Made by a program: the position numbers and the translations under genes
The notes under the pieces: model-generated
What the model saw: the letters and a program-made list of their open reading frames with translations, nothing else
Databases searched by the model: none
What the model was told of the DNA's origin: nothing
Shown here: in pieces, positions 36,438 through 44,414 of the stretch
How positions within the stretch are numbered: the first letter of the stretch is position 1
Layout of the letters: the number at the start of each line of letters is the position of its first letter
Assembly: GCA_035550655.1 (NCBI GenBank)
Contig: DASZOU010000035.1
Location: 1,495 to 65,494 of the forward strand
DNA from: Mycobacteriales bacterium
GTDB lineage: Bacteria; Actinomycetota; Actinomycetes; JAFAQI01
Direction: 5' to 3'
Length of the DNA stretch: 64,000 bases

Positions 36438-37403
36438 ATGCCGACTGTGGTCATTGCTGACGACAGCCCGACCTTGCGTCGAATCCTGACGTCTGTCCTC
36501 ACCAAAGAGGGTTTCGAGGTCGTCGTCGCCGACGACGGTGTGTCGGCAGTCCAGCAGGTCTTCGCCACCATGCCTGACGCTGTCGTCCTCGACGTTCAGA
36601 TGCCGCGCGTCTCGGGGTACGTCGCTGCTCGCTTGCTCAAGGACGACTGGCAGACCGCGGACATCCCGGTCATCCTGCTGACCTCGCTCGACGCGGCCAG
36701 CGACCGCTACTGGGGAGCGCAGACCGGGGCCGACCGCTACTTCACGAAGGACTTCGAGGCGCCCCAGCTCGTCGTCGCGGTGCGTGAGGTCATCCAGGCC
36801 GCCAGCGAGAACGCCGACGGCCGCCGTGGGCTTCGCCCGGACCCGGTCGAGCTCGGCGACGACGACGTCATGTCCCGGGTGTGCGACCTGCTGGACCGCA
36901 AGCTGTTCGAGACCTCAGTGGCAGCCGAGGTCACGGCGCTCGCCGCGACCTTGACCGGCTTCGAGCAGACCGTCGCCGGCGTGCTCGACGTGTTGCGGCG
37001 GTTCGTGGACTACGACCTTGCGTCGGTGCTGCTCCTGGAAGAGCGCACGGCGTACGTCGCGGTCGCTCAGGAGACCTCACAGGCGCAGTACGCCGAGCTG
37101 CTCGGCGGAGCCACTGACGCACTCGCCGCCGTGTCCGGCGTACAGCTCGCGGTGAGCGACCTCGAGCTGCGACTGGCGGACCCGGAGAATCTCCTCGGCG
37201 AGGAGGACGAGCGCGGCATGGCGACGTTCCTCTCGATGCCCTTGAAGGGCCATGGCGGCCACATCATCGGGTTGCTGGCCCTCTCGAGCGGCCAGAAGAA
37301 CGCCTTCGGCGAGACTGCGCTCGGGACGCTGCGTCTCGTGGACGGTCCCGCGGCCATCGTGATCGACAACGCGCGCCTCGCCCAGGTCCGCGCCGAGGCC
37401 TAA
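36438..37403 (+). CDS. response regulator: CheY-like receiver + GAF domain, no DNA-binding or enzymatic output domain
   Basis: REC domain (VVIADDSPTLRR...VVLDVQMPRVSGY...ILLTS). The C-terminal about 170 aa are GAF-like. ATG at 36438 lies 7 nt after AGGAGAG. Confidence 0.8.
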   Translation: MPTVVIADDSPTLRRILTSVLTKEGFEVVVADDGVSAVQQVFATMPDAVVLDVQMPRVSGYVAARLLKDDWQTADIPVILLTSLDAASDRYWGAQTGADRYFTKDFEAPQLVVAVREVIQAASENADGRRGLRPDPVELGDDDVMSRVCDLLDRKLFETSVAAEVTALAATLTGFEQTVAGVLDVLRRFVDYDLASVLLLEERTAYVAVAQETSQAQYAELLGGATDALAAVSGVQLAVSDLELRLADPENLLGEEDERGMATFLSMPLKGHGGHIIGLLALSSGQKNAFGETALGTLRLVDGPAAIVIDNARLAQVRAEA

Positions 37404-37409
37404 CGACGT

Positions 37410-37456
37410 TGTCAGACTCTGACGACGTCACAGCGTGTTGAGGGCCTGACAAGTCA
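37410..37456. repeat. 47-bp repeat unit R1 (degenerate copy)
   Basis: tgtcagactctgacgacgtcacagcgtgttgagggcctgacaagtca. 43 of 47 positions match R2. Confidence 0.6.
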
Positions 37457-37519
37457 GCGGTTCCGGCGGGTTGTGGATGTGCGCCATCGTCAGTCTCACG
37501 AAGTTGCGACGCTCCGCCC

Positions 37520-38494
37520 GTGGATTCGCCGATCTCGCTACCTCCTCGCGCGGACGTCGGTCTGCAGGCATCCTTGCGCGTCATCTCCGATCAGCAATGC
37601 GGCGTTCTTCGTCGTAGCCAGCTCAGTCACGTGGGGATGACGGCTAGGGCGGTCGACGCGATGTTGGATGGCGGCCGGTGGCGAGCACACGGCTCGATGG
37701 TTGTTGCGATGCATAACGGTCCGCTCGATCCCGATCAACGCCTTTGGGCTGCTGTCCTGAACGCCGGCCCAGACGCCGCGCTTGCAGCGCGCACTGCCGC
37801 GACCGTGCATGGTCTGGTGGGCTGGGAGCCGGAGTGCATCGAGGTTCTCGTGCCGCGCGGCACTGCAGTGCCAGCGGGCCTCGGCTTTCCCGTGAAGATC
37901 CATGAGTCGCGTCGGTTCAACCGCACGGATGTCCACCCCGGCCGCGCGCTTCCACAGGTCCGGGTCGAGCGCGCGCTGATCGACGCGGCAGTGTGGAGCG
38001 CGCGCCCGCGTACGGCCTGCGGCGTGGTTGCTGCCGGCATCCAGCAGAGACTCACAACGCCCGACAAGTTGATGGTTGAACTCAGTCAGGCCGGCGCCGT
38101 CCGTCATCGGCGGGTGCTGGCGGCCGCTTTGCGTGACATTGCAGGCGGGGCGCAGGCGGTGAGCGAGCTCGACTTCCTCAAGTTCTGCCGACGAAACGGG
38201 TTACCGCGCCCCGAGCTTCAGGCTGTCCGCCACGATGCCTTCGGGCGCCGTCGATATCTAGATGCCACTCTTCAAAGCCGGGACGGTGGGGTCGTTCGTG
38301 TCGAGGTCGACGGCGCACTGCACTTGGTTGTTCAAAGGTATTGGGCGGATATGGCGCGCGGCAACGAGCTCGTCATCAGCCGTGAGCGTGTGCTGCGCTT
38401 TCCGAGTTACGTGATCTATGCCGACGACCCTGCTGCGCAGCAGCTCCGACGTGCCCTCGGACTGTCAGACTCTGACAACGTCAGAGCGTGTTGA
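37520..38494 (+). CDS. AbiEi-like N-terminal domain + DUF559 (Vsr-like endonuclease fold) protein, start uncertain
   Basis: C-terminal GRRRYLDATLQSRDGGVVRVEVDGALHLVVQRYWADMARGNELVISRERVLRF matches the DUF559 pattern common in actinobacteria. The last 10 codons are encoded by repeat R2. Confidence 0.55.
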   Translation: MDSPISLPPRADVGLQASLRVISDQQCGVLRRSQLSHVGMTARAVDAMLDGGRWRAHGSMVVAMHNGPLDPDQRLWAAVLNAGPDAALAARTAATVHGLVGWEPECIEVLVPRGTAVPAGLGFPVKIHESRRFNRTDVHPGRALPQVRVERALIDAAVWSARPRTACGVVAAGIQQRLTTPDKLMVELSQAGAVRHRRVLAAALRDIAGGAQAVSELDFLKFCRRNGLPRPELQAVRHDAFGRRRYLDATLQSRDGGVVRVEVDGALHLVVQRYWADMARGNELVISRERVLRFPSYVIYADDPAAQQLRRALGLSDSDNVRAC

Positions 38495-38509
38495 GAGCCT
38501 GACAACTCA
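38463..38509. repeat. 47-bp repeat unit R2 (intact copy with internal palindromes)
   Basis: tgtcagactctgacaacgtcagagcgtgttgagagcctgacaactca. Contains TGTCAGA-c-TCTGACA and GTTGAG-n9-CTCAAC, with four GTCAGA/CTGAC hexamers in alternating orientation. Spans the stops of both convergent genes. Confidence 0.6.
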
Positions 38510-39124
38510 ACCGGCGACGGCGGTGCCTTCGTAGAGCGAGCCGAAAGGCTTCGGCTCGCCTGGGCCGTAGTACCGGTCGAGCCGGCTGATCGTCAGCCCG
38601 CCCTCGGTGACGATCGCCGTGATGTCCCGGTTGAGGTTGCAGCCGCCACCGACCCGTTGCTGCATGCCGTTGAGCCGGTCCTGCCAGCGGCGCACTCCGG
38701 CGTCGTCCGCGGCGCCGTGCTCCACGAAGTGGAACCGGCCGCCCGGTCGCAGCACGCGGCGTACCTCGCGAACCGCAGCGACCGCGTCGGGGATCGTGCA
38801 CAGCGTCCAGGTGCTCAGGACCGCGTCGACGCTCTCGTCGGGCAGCGGCAGCTGCTGACCGTCCAGACCGACGATCTCCACCGGCACGTGAGCGGCCTCG
38901 ATGCGTGCGCGGGCGAGCTTCGCCGCTTCCCCGGAGGGGTCGACCGCCCGGAACGACGTCACGGCAGCGGGTAGGTAGGGCAGGTTCAGCCCGCTTCCGA
39001 AGCCGATCTCGAGCACGTCGCCCGACAGCCCGCCGGCGACCCGCTGCCGGACCTCGCGGGTGTGCCGGTTGTCGAGCACCTTGTTGATGATCCGTGGCAA
39101 CACGTGCTTCTCGTACCAGCCCAC
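38507..39124 (-). CDS. class I SAM-dependent methyltransferase (Methyltransf_11-like)
   Basis: VLEIGFGSGLN motif I and the LRPGGRFHFVEH post-I region. 205 aa. Confidence 0.8.
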   Translation of the reverse strand: MGWYEKHVLPRIINKVLDNRHTREVRQRVAGGLSGDVLEIGFGSGLNLPYLPAAVTSFRAVDPSGEAAKLARARIEAAHVPVEIVGLDGQQLPLPDESVDAVLSTWTLCTIPDAVAAVREVRRVLRPGGRFHFVEHGAADDAGVRRWQDRLNGMQQRVGGGCNLNRDITAIVTEGGLTISRLDRYYGPGEPKPFGSLYEGTAVAG

Positions 39125-39170
39125 CGCTGACTCCTCGATCCGTGGCCTTCGTCACATCTCAGCAAATCGG

Positions 39171-39207
39171 GTTGACAGGCGATAAGTTACCGTCGATAAG
39201 TTATCGC
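39171..39207 (+). promoter_or_regulatory. sigma-70-like promoter (TTGACA-N18-ATAAGT) overlapping an AT-rich palindrome and direct repeat, candidate TetR operator for the MMPL-TetR operon
   Basis: gggTTGACAggcgataagttaccgtcgATAAGTtatcgcc. GGCGATAA...TTATCGCC is an 8-bp inverted repeat and CGATAAGTTA occurs twice. Lies 65 bp upstream of the MMPL start. Confidence 0.45.
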
Positions 39208-39272
39208 CGTTAGCCCAAGGAGCGGCGGGCGAGAGCCCGGTCGGCGGGTGGGCGGGTCGAAGAGGGGGAGTC

Positions 39273-41525
39273 ATGCTGACGGCGCTTGCGAATCGCGGAA
39301 TCGCCCGGCCCAAGCGGGTTCTTGGCATTGCCGGCGTCCTGCTGGTGATCGGGGTGGTCTTCGGGGCGCCGGTTGCCTCGAAGCTCGGTGCTGGCGGCTA
39401 CAACGATCCCAACGCGCCGTCGGCCGCTGCGCGCGACCTGCTCACCAGCAAGTTCCACACCGGTGACACGAATCTCGTCCTCGAGGTTCAGGCGCCGGCC
39501 GGCGTGGACGCGGCGTCCGTTCGGGCAATCGGCCTTCGCGATGCGGCCGCGCTCTCGTCTCACGCGGGCATTGATCACGTGACGTCGTACTGGAGCGCGC
39601 CGAAGCAGGCCGCGTCAGCGCTGGTCAGCCCCGATCACCGCTCCGCGCTCGTTGTCGCCCACGTGGCGGGCAACGACTCGGTCGCGCCGGATCGCGCCGC
39701 TGCCGCCACCGACCCGCTGGTCGGCACCCGCGACGGCGTGACGGTCAAGGCGGGTGGCCTGGCGATCGCCTACCACCAGGTCAATCAAACGGTGAAGTCC
39801 GACCTGACCAAGTCCGAGATGGTCGCCATCCCGCTCACCGTGGTCGCACTGACCTGGGTGTTCGGCAGCTTCGTTGCCTCGATCCTGCCGGTCGCTGTGG
39901 GCCTCGCCTCGATCATCGGGACGATGGCGGTGCTTCGCCTGCTTGCCCTGTTCACGAGCGTCTCCGTGTACGCGCTCAACATGACCACCGCGATGGGCCT
40001 GGCGCTCGCGATCGACTACAGCCTGTTCATCGTCAGCCGTTACCGCGAGGAGGTCGGCAACGGCCTTGCTCCGGACGATGCGGTACGGCGGGCGATGCAG
40101 ACCGCAGGCCGCACCGTGCTGTTCTCCGCGCTCACCGTCGGCCTCTCGTTGGCGGCGATGCTCGTCTTCCCGCTGTACTTCCTTCGGTCGTTCGCCTACG
40201 CCGGCATCGCCGTCGTCGCGCTCGCCGCGGTTGCCGCCTTGGCGATCCTGCCCGCGGTTCTGACACTGCTTGGCGACCGGGTCAACGCGTGGGACCTGCG
40301 GGCGTGGTTGCGACGCGTGCTGCACCGGCCGGAGCCCGTCGCGAAACCGGTTGAAGGGTCGTTCTGGTTCCGCTTCGCAAAGGTGGTCATGCGGTGGGCC
40401 GCTCCCGTCGCGGTACTCGTGACGGCGTTCCTGGTCTTCGTCGGATTGCCGTTCCTTCACGTGAAGTTCGGCTACCCGGACCAGCGCGTCCTGCCGCCGA
40501 GCGCATCGGCATACCAGGTGGGGCACGACGCGCTCACCGAGTTCGGCGCCGGGACAGGTGCCACCATCGAGATCGCGGTGCCATCGGTCCAGGGACGCGC
40601 TACCCAGATCGCCGGGTACGCCGCCAAGCTCTCGCAGATCAACGGTGTGGACACTGTGGAGTCAGCGGCAGGCTCCTACGCCGGCGGCCAGAAGGTGGGA
40701 TCGGCGATTCCGTCGATGCGGTCCGGCGAGGCGACGTACCTGGCCCTCGCCGCCTCGGGTGACCCTCAGTCGCAATCCCTCAAGGACACGTTAGCTGCCG
40801 TCAAAGCAGTTCCGGCTCCGTGGCCGGTCGACATCGGGGGTCAGACAGCCGAAGATCGCGACAGCCTTGATGCGCTCGGTCGCGCGATGCCGTGGGCAAT
40901 CCTCATCATCGCCCTGGCGACCTTCGTCCTGCTGTTCCTGTTCACCGGCAGCGTAGTTATGCCGATCAAGGCACTGGTCCTCAACACGTTGTCGTTGTCG
41001 GCGACCTTCGGCGCAATGGTGTGGATCTTCCAGGAGGGTCACCTCTCCTCGCTGTATCCCGACCTGACGGTGACGCACTTCCTCACCCCGACGATGCCGC
41101 CGTTGATGTTCTGCGTCGCCTTCGGCTTGTCGATGGACTACGAGGTGTTCTTGCTTTCCCGGATCCGCGAGGAATGGCTGAAGTCGGGTCAGACCGCGGC
41201 CGACAACACCCGCGCGGTCGCGCTTGGCCTCGGCCGGACCGGTCGGATCGTCACCGCCGCTGCCGTGCTGATGGCGATCGTGTTCGCCGCGATCTCGCGC
41301 GGTCAGGTCGCCTTCATGATGCTGTTCGGTACCGGGCTGACACTCGCGGTCCTCATGGACGCGACGATCGTCCGCGCAACGCTGGTGCCAGCTTTCATGC
41401 GCCTGGCAGGCAAGTGGAACTGGTGGTCTCCGAAGCCCCTCGCGCGGCTGCACAGCCGCTTTGGGCTCTCGGAGGAGGGTGGTCTCGAGCTGCCCGCGGT
41501 CGAACAGCCTGTGGCGGTCGGATGA
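39273..41525 (+). CDS. MMPL family RND-type transporter
   Basis: 750 aa with two 6-TM bundles and two extracytoplasmic loops. The N-terminus MLTALANRGIARPKRVLGIAGVLLVIGV is typical of MMPL. The stop overlaps the TetR start (ATGA). Confidence 0.9.
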   Translation: MLTALANRGIARPKRVLGIAGVLLVIGVVFGAPVASKLGAGGYNDPNAPSAAARDLLTSKFHTGDTNLVLEVQAPAGVDAASVRAIGLRDAAALSSHAGIDHVTSYWSAPKQAASALVSPDHRSALVVAHVAGNDSVAPDRAAAATDPLVGTRDGVTVKAGGLAIAYHQVNQTVKSDLTKSEMVAIPLTVVALTWVFGSFVASILPVAVGLASIIGTMAVLRLLALFTSVSVYALNMTTAMGLALAIDYSLFIVSRYREEVGNGLAPDDAVRRAMQTAGRTVLFSALTVGLSLAAMLVFPLYFLRSFAYAGIAVVALAAVAALAILPAVLTLLGDRVNAWDLRAWLRRVLHRPEPVAKPVEGSFWFRFAKVVMRWAAPVAVLVTAFLVFVGLPFLHVKFGYPDQRVLPPSASAYQVGHDALTEFGAGTGATIEIAVPSVQGRATQIAGYAAKLSQINGVDTVESAAGSYAGGQKVGSAIPSMRSGEATYLALAASGDPQSQSLKDTLAAVKAVPAPWPVDIGGQTAEDRDSLDALGRAMPWAILIIALATFVLLFLFTGSVVMPIKALVLNTLSLSATFGAMVWIFQEGHLSSLYPDLTVTHFLTPTMPPLMFCVAFGLSMDYEVFLLSRIREEWLKSGQTAADNTRAVALGLGRTGRIVTAAAVLMAIVFAAISRGQVAFMMLFGTGLTLAVLMDATIVRATLVPAFMRLAGKWNWWSPKPLARLHSRFGLSEEGGLELPAVEQPVAVG

Positions 41526-42229
41526 ATGTCGCGGCGGCAGCTCGCCGGCCACGCTCACAACGTGGAGCCGGCGAGCAGCTGCGTGCCGAGATCGTCGCCG
41601 CCGCGAAGGAGCTGCTGGCAGCGGCCGCGTCGGTCGATGACGTCTCGATTCGCGCGGTCGCCGACGCCGTCGGGGTCACGCCGCCGTCGATCTACCTGCA
41701 CTTCGCCGACAAGAACGAGCTGATCGCGGCGGTCGTGGTCGACGTGTTTGCCGAACTGGACGCCGCCATGCTCGAGGCCGGAGCGCGCGCTGACGGACCT
41801 ATGGCGAAGCTCCGTGACTACGGCATGGCCTACGTGCGCTTCGCCATCGAGCATCCCGAGCACTATCGGATCGCCGTGATGGACCCGTGCCCGTGTCCTG
41901 ACGTCGACGAGGTTCTTGCCAGCTCCGCGTTCGTCCACTTCAACCAGACGGTGGTCGAGTGCATCGAGGCGGGCATCTTCCCTGCCGGGGATCCGCTCCC
42001 GATCACTCTCGACCTGTGGGCCGCGGCGCATGGGATTGCCGCGCTGTTCATTGCGAAGCCGTTTCTGCCATGGGGTAATCGCGAGGCGGCCGCTGAGCGT
42101 GTGTTGTGCGCCGCAGCGCTCGGTCACGCCGCTGTGGGCCTCGTCGGCGAGCCGGCGACACCGGCGCGGATCACCGAATGGATCAAGCGGCGTCGACCAG
42201 GTCGGCGTACTCCGGGTGCTGCTCGATGA
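41522..42229 (+). CDS. TetR family transcriptional regulator
   Basis: HTH VSIRAVADAVGVTPPSIYLHFADKNELIAAV. The ORF-track extension back to 40892 is rejected. Confidence 0.85.
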   Translation: MNVAAAARRPRSQRGAGEQLRAEIVAAAKELLAAAASVDDVSIRAVADAVGVTPPSIYLHFADKNELIAAVVVDVFAELDAAMLEAGARADGPMAKLRDYGMAYVRFAIEHPEHYRIAVMDPCPCPDVDEVLASSAFVHFNQTVVECIEAGIFPAGDPLPITLDLWAAAHGIAALFIAKPFLPWGNREAAAERVLCAAALGHAAVGLVGEPATPARITEWIKRRRPGRRTPGAAR

Positions 42230-42476
42230 ACGCCCGGACGAACGGGCACTGCGGAACGACGCTTAGGCCCGCTGCCCGGGTCTGATCGAGCGCCTCGCGG
42301 ATCAGTTGGCTCCCGAAACCTCGGCCTTCGACCGATGGGTCGATCTCGGTGTGCAGAAAGGTCCGTACGCCATCAGCGTCGCGATAGGTGCTGTAGCCGA
42401 CGACCTCGCCGTCCACGGCGAGCTCGAACCGATGCCGGTCGGCGCGGTGGGTGATCGTGACGTCTTCAGTGCTCAC
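42183..42476 (-). CDS. small GNAT family N-acetyltransferase
   Basis: 98 aa from GTG at 42476. Acetyl-CoA binding region SVEGRGFGSQLIREALDQTRAAG. The long ORF-track frame to 43412 is rejected. Confidence 0.65.
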   Translation of the reverse strand: MSTEDVTITHRADRHRFELAVDGEVVGYSTYRDADGVRTFLHTEIDPSVEGRGFGSQLIREALDQTRAAGLSVVPQCPFVRAFIEQHPEYADLVDAA

Positions 42477-43375
42477 GTGCGGGCTCCAAGCGCTTCTTCG
42501 ATGGCCTCGCCGATGAAGTTGAGTGCGACCACTGTCATCACGATCAAGATGCCGGCCGGGTAGAGCAGCCACCACGACCCGGTGGCCGCGTAGTCGACGC
42601 CGTCGTACAGCATCGAACCCCAGTTGGTCGCGGGAGCCGGTACCCCGAAGCCGAGGAAGCTCAGCGTCGAGAGGGCCAGGATCGCGTCGGCGACCTGGAA
42701 CGTGGTGTTGACCACGATCGTCCCGATCGCGTTGGGGAGCAGGTGCCGGATGACGATTCGGCCGTGCCCGGCGCCCTGCAGACGTGCCGCGTGAACGAAG
42801 TCCCGGGTGCGCAAGGTGAGGCTCTCGCCGCGGATGAGCCTGGCGGGCACGAGCCAGGCGAATAACCCGAGCACCACGACAAGGCTTGAGAAGTTCGGCT
42901 GGACGATCGAGAACAGCACGAGCAGTACCAGCAGAGAGGGGAATGCGAGGAGGGTGTCGACGACGCGCATCATCAACGAGTCGAGTACCCCACCGAAGTA
43001 GCCGGCAACGCCGCCGTACAGGGTTCCGACGACGGTTGCGAGCAGGGCTGCGACGAAGCCGATCTCCAACGCCGACTGCCCGCCCAGCATGAGGCGGCCG
43101 AGCTCGTCGTAGCCGTTGCCGTCGAACCCGAGCAGATGATGGGCGTTCGGTGAGGCCAGCACCTCGTCGATGTTGGTTCGTACTTGTTCGGTCCGGTAGA
43201 ACACGGGCCCCAGGAAGCAGAACAACGTCACGCCGACGAGCAGCGCCGCTCCCCAACGGCCGAGAGTCGTGCCAAACAGTGCCGAGCGCGCAACCGCGAA
43301 TCTTCGGGTCGGTGCGTGGCCCGTCGCCGCATCCATCGGGTCGACCTGCGCGGCCAAGGGCACGTGGCCGCTCAC
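42473..43375 (-). CDS. ABC transporter permease (DppC/OppC-like)
   Basis: Six TM segments with the EAA-like motif region and an N-terminal extension. Coupled to the upstream permease. Confidence 0.85.
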   Translation of the reverse strand: MSGHVPLAAQVDPMDAATGHAPTRRFAVARSALFGTTLGRWGAALLVGVTLFCFLGPVFYRTEQVRTNIDEVLASPNAHHLLGFDGNGYDELGRLMLGGQSALEIGFVAALLATVVGTLYGGVAGYFGGVLDSLMMRVVDTLLAFPSLLVLLVLFSIVQPNFSSLVVVLGLFAWLVPARLIRGESLTLRTRDFVHAARLQGAGHGRIVIRHLLPNAIGTIVVNTTFQVADAILALSTLSFLGFGVPAPATNWGSMLYDGVDYAATGSWWLLYPAGILIVMTVVALNFIGEAIEEALGART

Positions 43376-44316
43376 GTGACGCGCACCCGGGGATCCAGGT
43401 AGCTGTAGGCAAGGTCGGAGATCAGGTTGCCGACGATCACGGCGATCGCGATGATTATGGTGATCCCGAGCTCGAGCGCGTAGTCGCGGTTGACCGCGGC
43501 GTTGAACGTCTCGAGTCCGATGCCTGGGTAGTTGAAGACCTCCTCGGTGATGATTGCCCCGCTCAGCAGGTCAGGCAGGCTCAGCCCGAGCAGCGTGATG
43601 ATCGGTATGCCGGCGTTGCGCAGGGTGTGTGACCAGAGAATCCGCCCGGTTGATGCACCCTTCGATCGCACGATCCGGATGTAGTCCTGCCCGAAGACGT
43701 CGAGGGCCGATGACCGCATGTAACGGCTGAACACGGCGATCGAGGTGAGCGACAGAGTGGCGATCGGCAGCACCATGCCCGAGGGTTGAGTGAACGCCTC
43801 GGTCCACGAGCCTTGCGGCCCTTCGGTGGGAAATACGTGCAACCGGATGGCGAACCAGTCGATGAGGATCAGCCCGAGCCAGAAGTCAGGCATCGCATAG
43901 AAGATGAACGAGGCGCCGGTGAGGAAGTGGTCGGTGAACGTGTTGCGACGCAGCGCCTGGAAGAGACCGGTCGAGAGGCCTATGAACAGGGCGAGGAGGG
44001 TCGACGCCCCGACCAGCACGATGCTCTTGGGGAGATCCTCGGCGAGGATCGCGTTCACCGTCTGGTTGCGCTTGAACGAGTAGCCCAGGTTTCCGTGGAG
44101 CAGGTGCGAGAGGTAGTCGCGGTACTGCGTCAGCAGCGGCTTGTCGAGGCCGTTCTCGTGAATGAATGCCTGGATCTGCGGCTTCGTCGTGTGGTGACCT
44201 GCGATTGCCGCAGCCGGGCCGCCGGGCAGGTTGTGAAACAGGATGAACGTCAACAGCGTCACGAGAAATGCGACGAGCACCGCCAGTGCCAGACGTCGCA
44301 TCGTGTAGCGGAGCAC
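43372..44316 (-). CDS. ABC transporter permease (DppB/OppB-like)
   Basis: N-terminus VLRYTMRRLALAVLVAF is typical of DppB. GTG at 44316 with GGGAG 5 nt upstream. Confidence 0.85.
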   Translation of the reverse strand: MLRYTMRRLALAVLVAFLVTLLTFILFHNLPGGPAAAIAGHHTTKPQIQAFIHENGLDKPLLTQYRDYLSHLLHGNLGYSFKRNQTVNAILAEDLPKSIVLVGASTLLALFIGLSTGLFQALRRNTFTDHFLTGASFIFYAMPDFWLGLILIDWFAIRLHVFPTEGPQGSWTEAFTQPSGMVLPIATLSLTSIAVFSRYMRSSALDVFGQDYIRIVRSKGASTGRILWSHTLRNAGIPIITLLGLSLPDLLSGAIITEEVFNYPGIGLETFNAAVNRDYALELGITIIIAIAVIVGNLISDLAYSYLDPRVRVT

Positions 44317-44414
44317 GCATCTCCCGAATGCTGTTCTGGACCTCGGTCGTACGTCGTTCTCACTGACCATACGAGACCGCGGGTCGTTTCGTATGCGTGT
44401 GCTGAAATGATGCC

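Noticed and set aside
42477-43412. 409-aa frame continuing upstream of the GNAT gene
   Set aside because: It overlaps the DppC-like permease, which has clear TM topology, in another frame. The GNAT domain is complete from the GTG at 42476.
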